Sequence record: SRR20825019_2389
Direction: 5' to 3' (one strand)
Length of the DNA: 51,357 bases
A program made the position numbers and the translations under genes. This document shows positions 48,286 to 51,357 of this stretch, one piece after another; positions within the stretch are counted from its first letter, which is position 1; each line of letters opens with the position of its first letter. A model generated the notes under the pieces. It worked only from the letters and a program-made list of their open reading frames with translations, did no database searches and had not been told where the DNA came from.

Positions 48286-48316
48286 AAAAAAGGGGCCCCG
48301 AAAGGCCCCTGATTTT
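48286..48316. terminator. Bidirectional intrinsic terminator between nhaC and katG
   Basis: A-tract, AGGGGCC-CCGAAA-GGCCCCT stem-loop, then GATTTT. Confidence 0.8.
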
Positions 48317-48333
48317 ACTCGGGTTAAGCCGGT

Positions 48334-50583
<2,250 letters not shown>

Positions 50584-50615
50584 TTACCGATAAACTAAAG
50601 TTTTTCTTATCTGAA

Positions 50616-50652
50616 ATTGAATGATCTGATCTCATTAATCTATAAAAACGAT
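50616..50652. promoter_or_regulatory. Candidate OxyR-type site upstream of katG
   Basis: ATTG-N7-TGAT-N7-ATCT-N7-CGAT, compared with the consensus ATAG-N7-CTAT-N7-ATAG-N7-CTAT. Confidence 0.35.
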
Positions 50653-50745
50653 TAAAAAATATAACATTAACGTATTTTATATATGAATCAGTCAGTTAAT
50701 TCCTCGATGCATCGCTAGAAAGCACGGTATCGTTATGATTCAATG

Positions 50746-50958
50746 CGAACAGCATGCACCTTGTATCCTCCGTCCCTCGAGGTTACGCCGCCATCGTCCA
50801 ACGCTTCGGTTCTCATGCTGAAGCTATCAGGCGTGACATCAGAATATACAAACCGGTTGATAAGCTTAGCTCCTTGGTACATCTCACCGCTCACGGTGAC
50901 GGTAAATCCTACTCACAAAACCAATTAAAAGCCCTGGTCCACCGGACCGGGGTTTTTT
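50746..50958 (+). ncRNA. Candidate sRNA, sibling A
   Basis: TATGAT -10-like hexamer at 50734-50739, several hairpins, conserved motif at 50898-50923, intrinsic terminator; no credible ORF. Ends are approximate. Confidence 0.45.
50927..50958. terminator. Intrinsic terminator (strong on +, possibly bidirectional)
   Basis: AAAA-GCCCTGGTCC-ACC-GGACCGGGG-TTTTTT. Confidence 0.8.
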
Positions 50959-51161
50959 GTTGATCGGGGTTCTGGATTTGTGAGTAGGATTAGTCTCACC
51001 ACTTCGTGGTTCGTCAGCTTCGCAAAGAACCTATGTAAAACAGTCTGTTATCCTGTTTTACGAGGTGTAAAATCCGTATCTCTCCGGGACAAAGTTAAAG
51101 AGCCGCCCACCGTATGGTGGACGACCCCAAAATGAAGGCTGGAAAGAATTCAGACGTGCTG
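50927..51161 (-). ncRNA. Candidate sRNA, sibling B
   Basis: TGCTATCAT extended -10-like element (hexamer 51173-51168), hairpins at 51107-51120 and 51035-51061, motif copy at 50977-50991, converging on the same terminator as sibling A. Ends are approximate. Confidence 0.4.
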
Positions 51162-51247
51162 GCATGAATGATAGCACAAAAAAGACCGTTTTAACGCTTA
51201 CCGTCAGCTTACCCATGGTAGCTCGAATCCTGCCCTGCACAAACGAG

Positions 51248-51281
51248 AAAAGGCAGTAACCTTTTGAGGTTACTGCCTTTT
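51248..51281. terminator. Intrinsic terminator
   Basis: Perfect 15-bp stem AAAAGGCAGTAACCT-TTTG-AGGTTACTGCCTTTT. Confidence 0.85.
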
Positions 51282-51357
51282 TAATGGTTTTGTGAGCAGG
51301 ATTTACCGTCGCCGCTTCGCTTGCTCCGTTGTCTCCAACACGTTGTTTTTCAACGTG
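51248..51357 (-). ncRNA. Candidate sRNA, sibling C (5' part outside the window)
   Basis: Motif copy at 51285-51310 directly before the terminator; hairpin CACGTTG/CAACGTG at 51339-51357. Confidence 0.35.

Noticed and set aside
50743-51240. 60-69 aa ORFs at the right end as small proteins
   Set aside because: No RBS, no shared frame or stop across the repeated motif, and one reads through a terminator. A small peptide is not fully excluded.
50898-51310. CRISPR array or IS element interpretation of the repeated motif
   Set aside because: Only three copies in mixed orientation with unequal spacing; no cas, transposase or recombinase gene in the window.

Overview
Chromosomal window of an alphaproteobacterium, probably marine; the taxon is inferred from the pyrB-pyrC'-plsY-dprA-topA-rnr synteny and the rpoE-chrR pair. 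Left to right it holds: (1) an SLC13 permease cut by the left edge; (2) the housekeeping block pyrB, pyrC', plsY, dprA, topA, rnr; (3) an ECF11 rpoE-chrR pair with an autoregulatory promoter; (4) an uncharacterised four-gene envelope operon (LpoB/CsgG-fold lipoprotein, COG3014-like TPR protein, YcfL-like protein, second CsgG-fold protein); (5) doxX-ogt; (6) a LacI-controlled oxidative (3-keto-glycoside-type) sugar cluster; (7) a degenerate Nudix-like ORF; (8) a proline island (proB divergent from proC-proA-putP); (9) a LacI-controlled beta-glucan/laminarin locus (GH3, MFS, GH16, TonB-dependent receptor) that includes the TBDR-SapC-cupin-Trp-halogenase-like-serine hydrolase module, with five TGACAGCGCTGTCA-type operators; (10) a secreted RAPP-motif ORF that may be a ribosome-arrest peptide; (11) nhaC; (12) a signal-peptide katG; and (13) at the right edge, three terminator-associated copies of a conserved 15-26 nt motif that look like a cluster of sibling small RNAs. 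No rRNA, tRNA, CRISPR array, transposase, integrase or prophage gene was recognised. All calls come from motif recognition by eye; no database searches were run.
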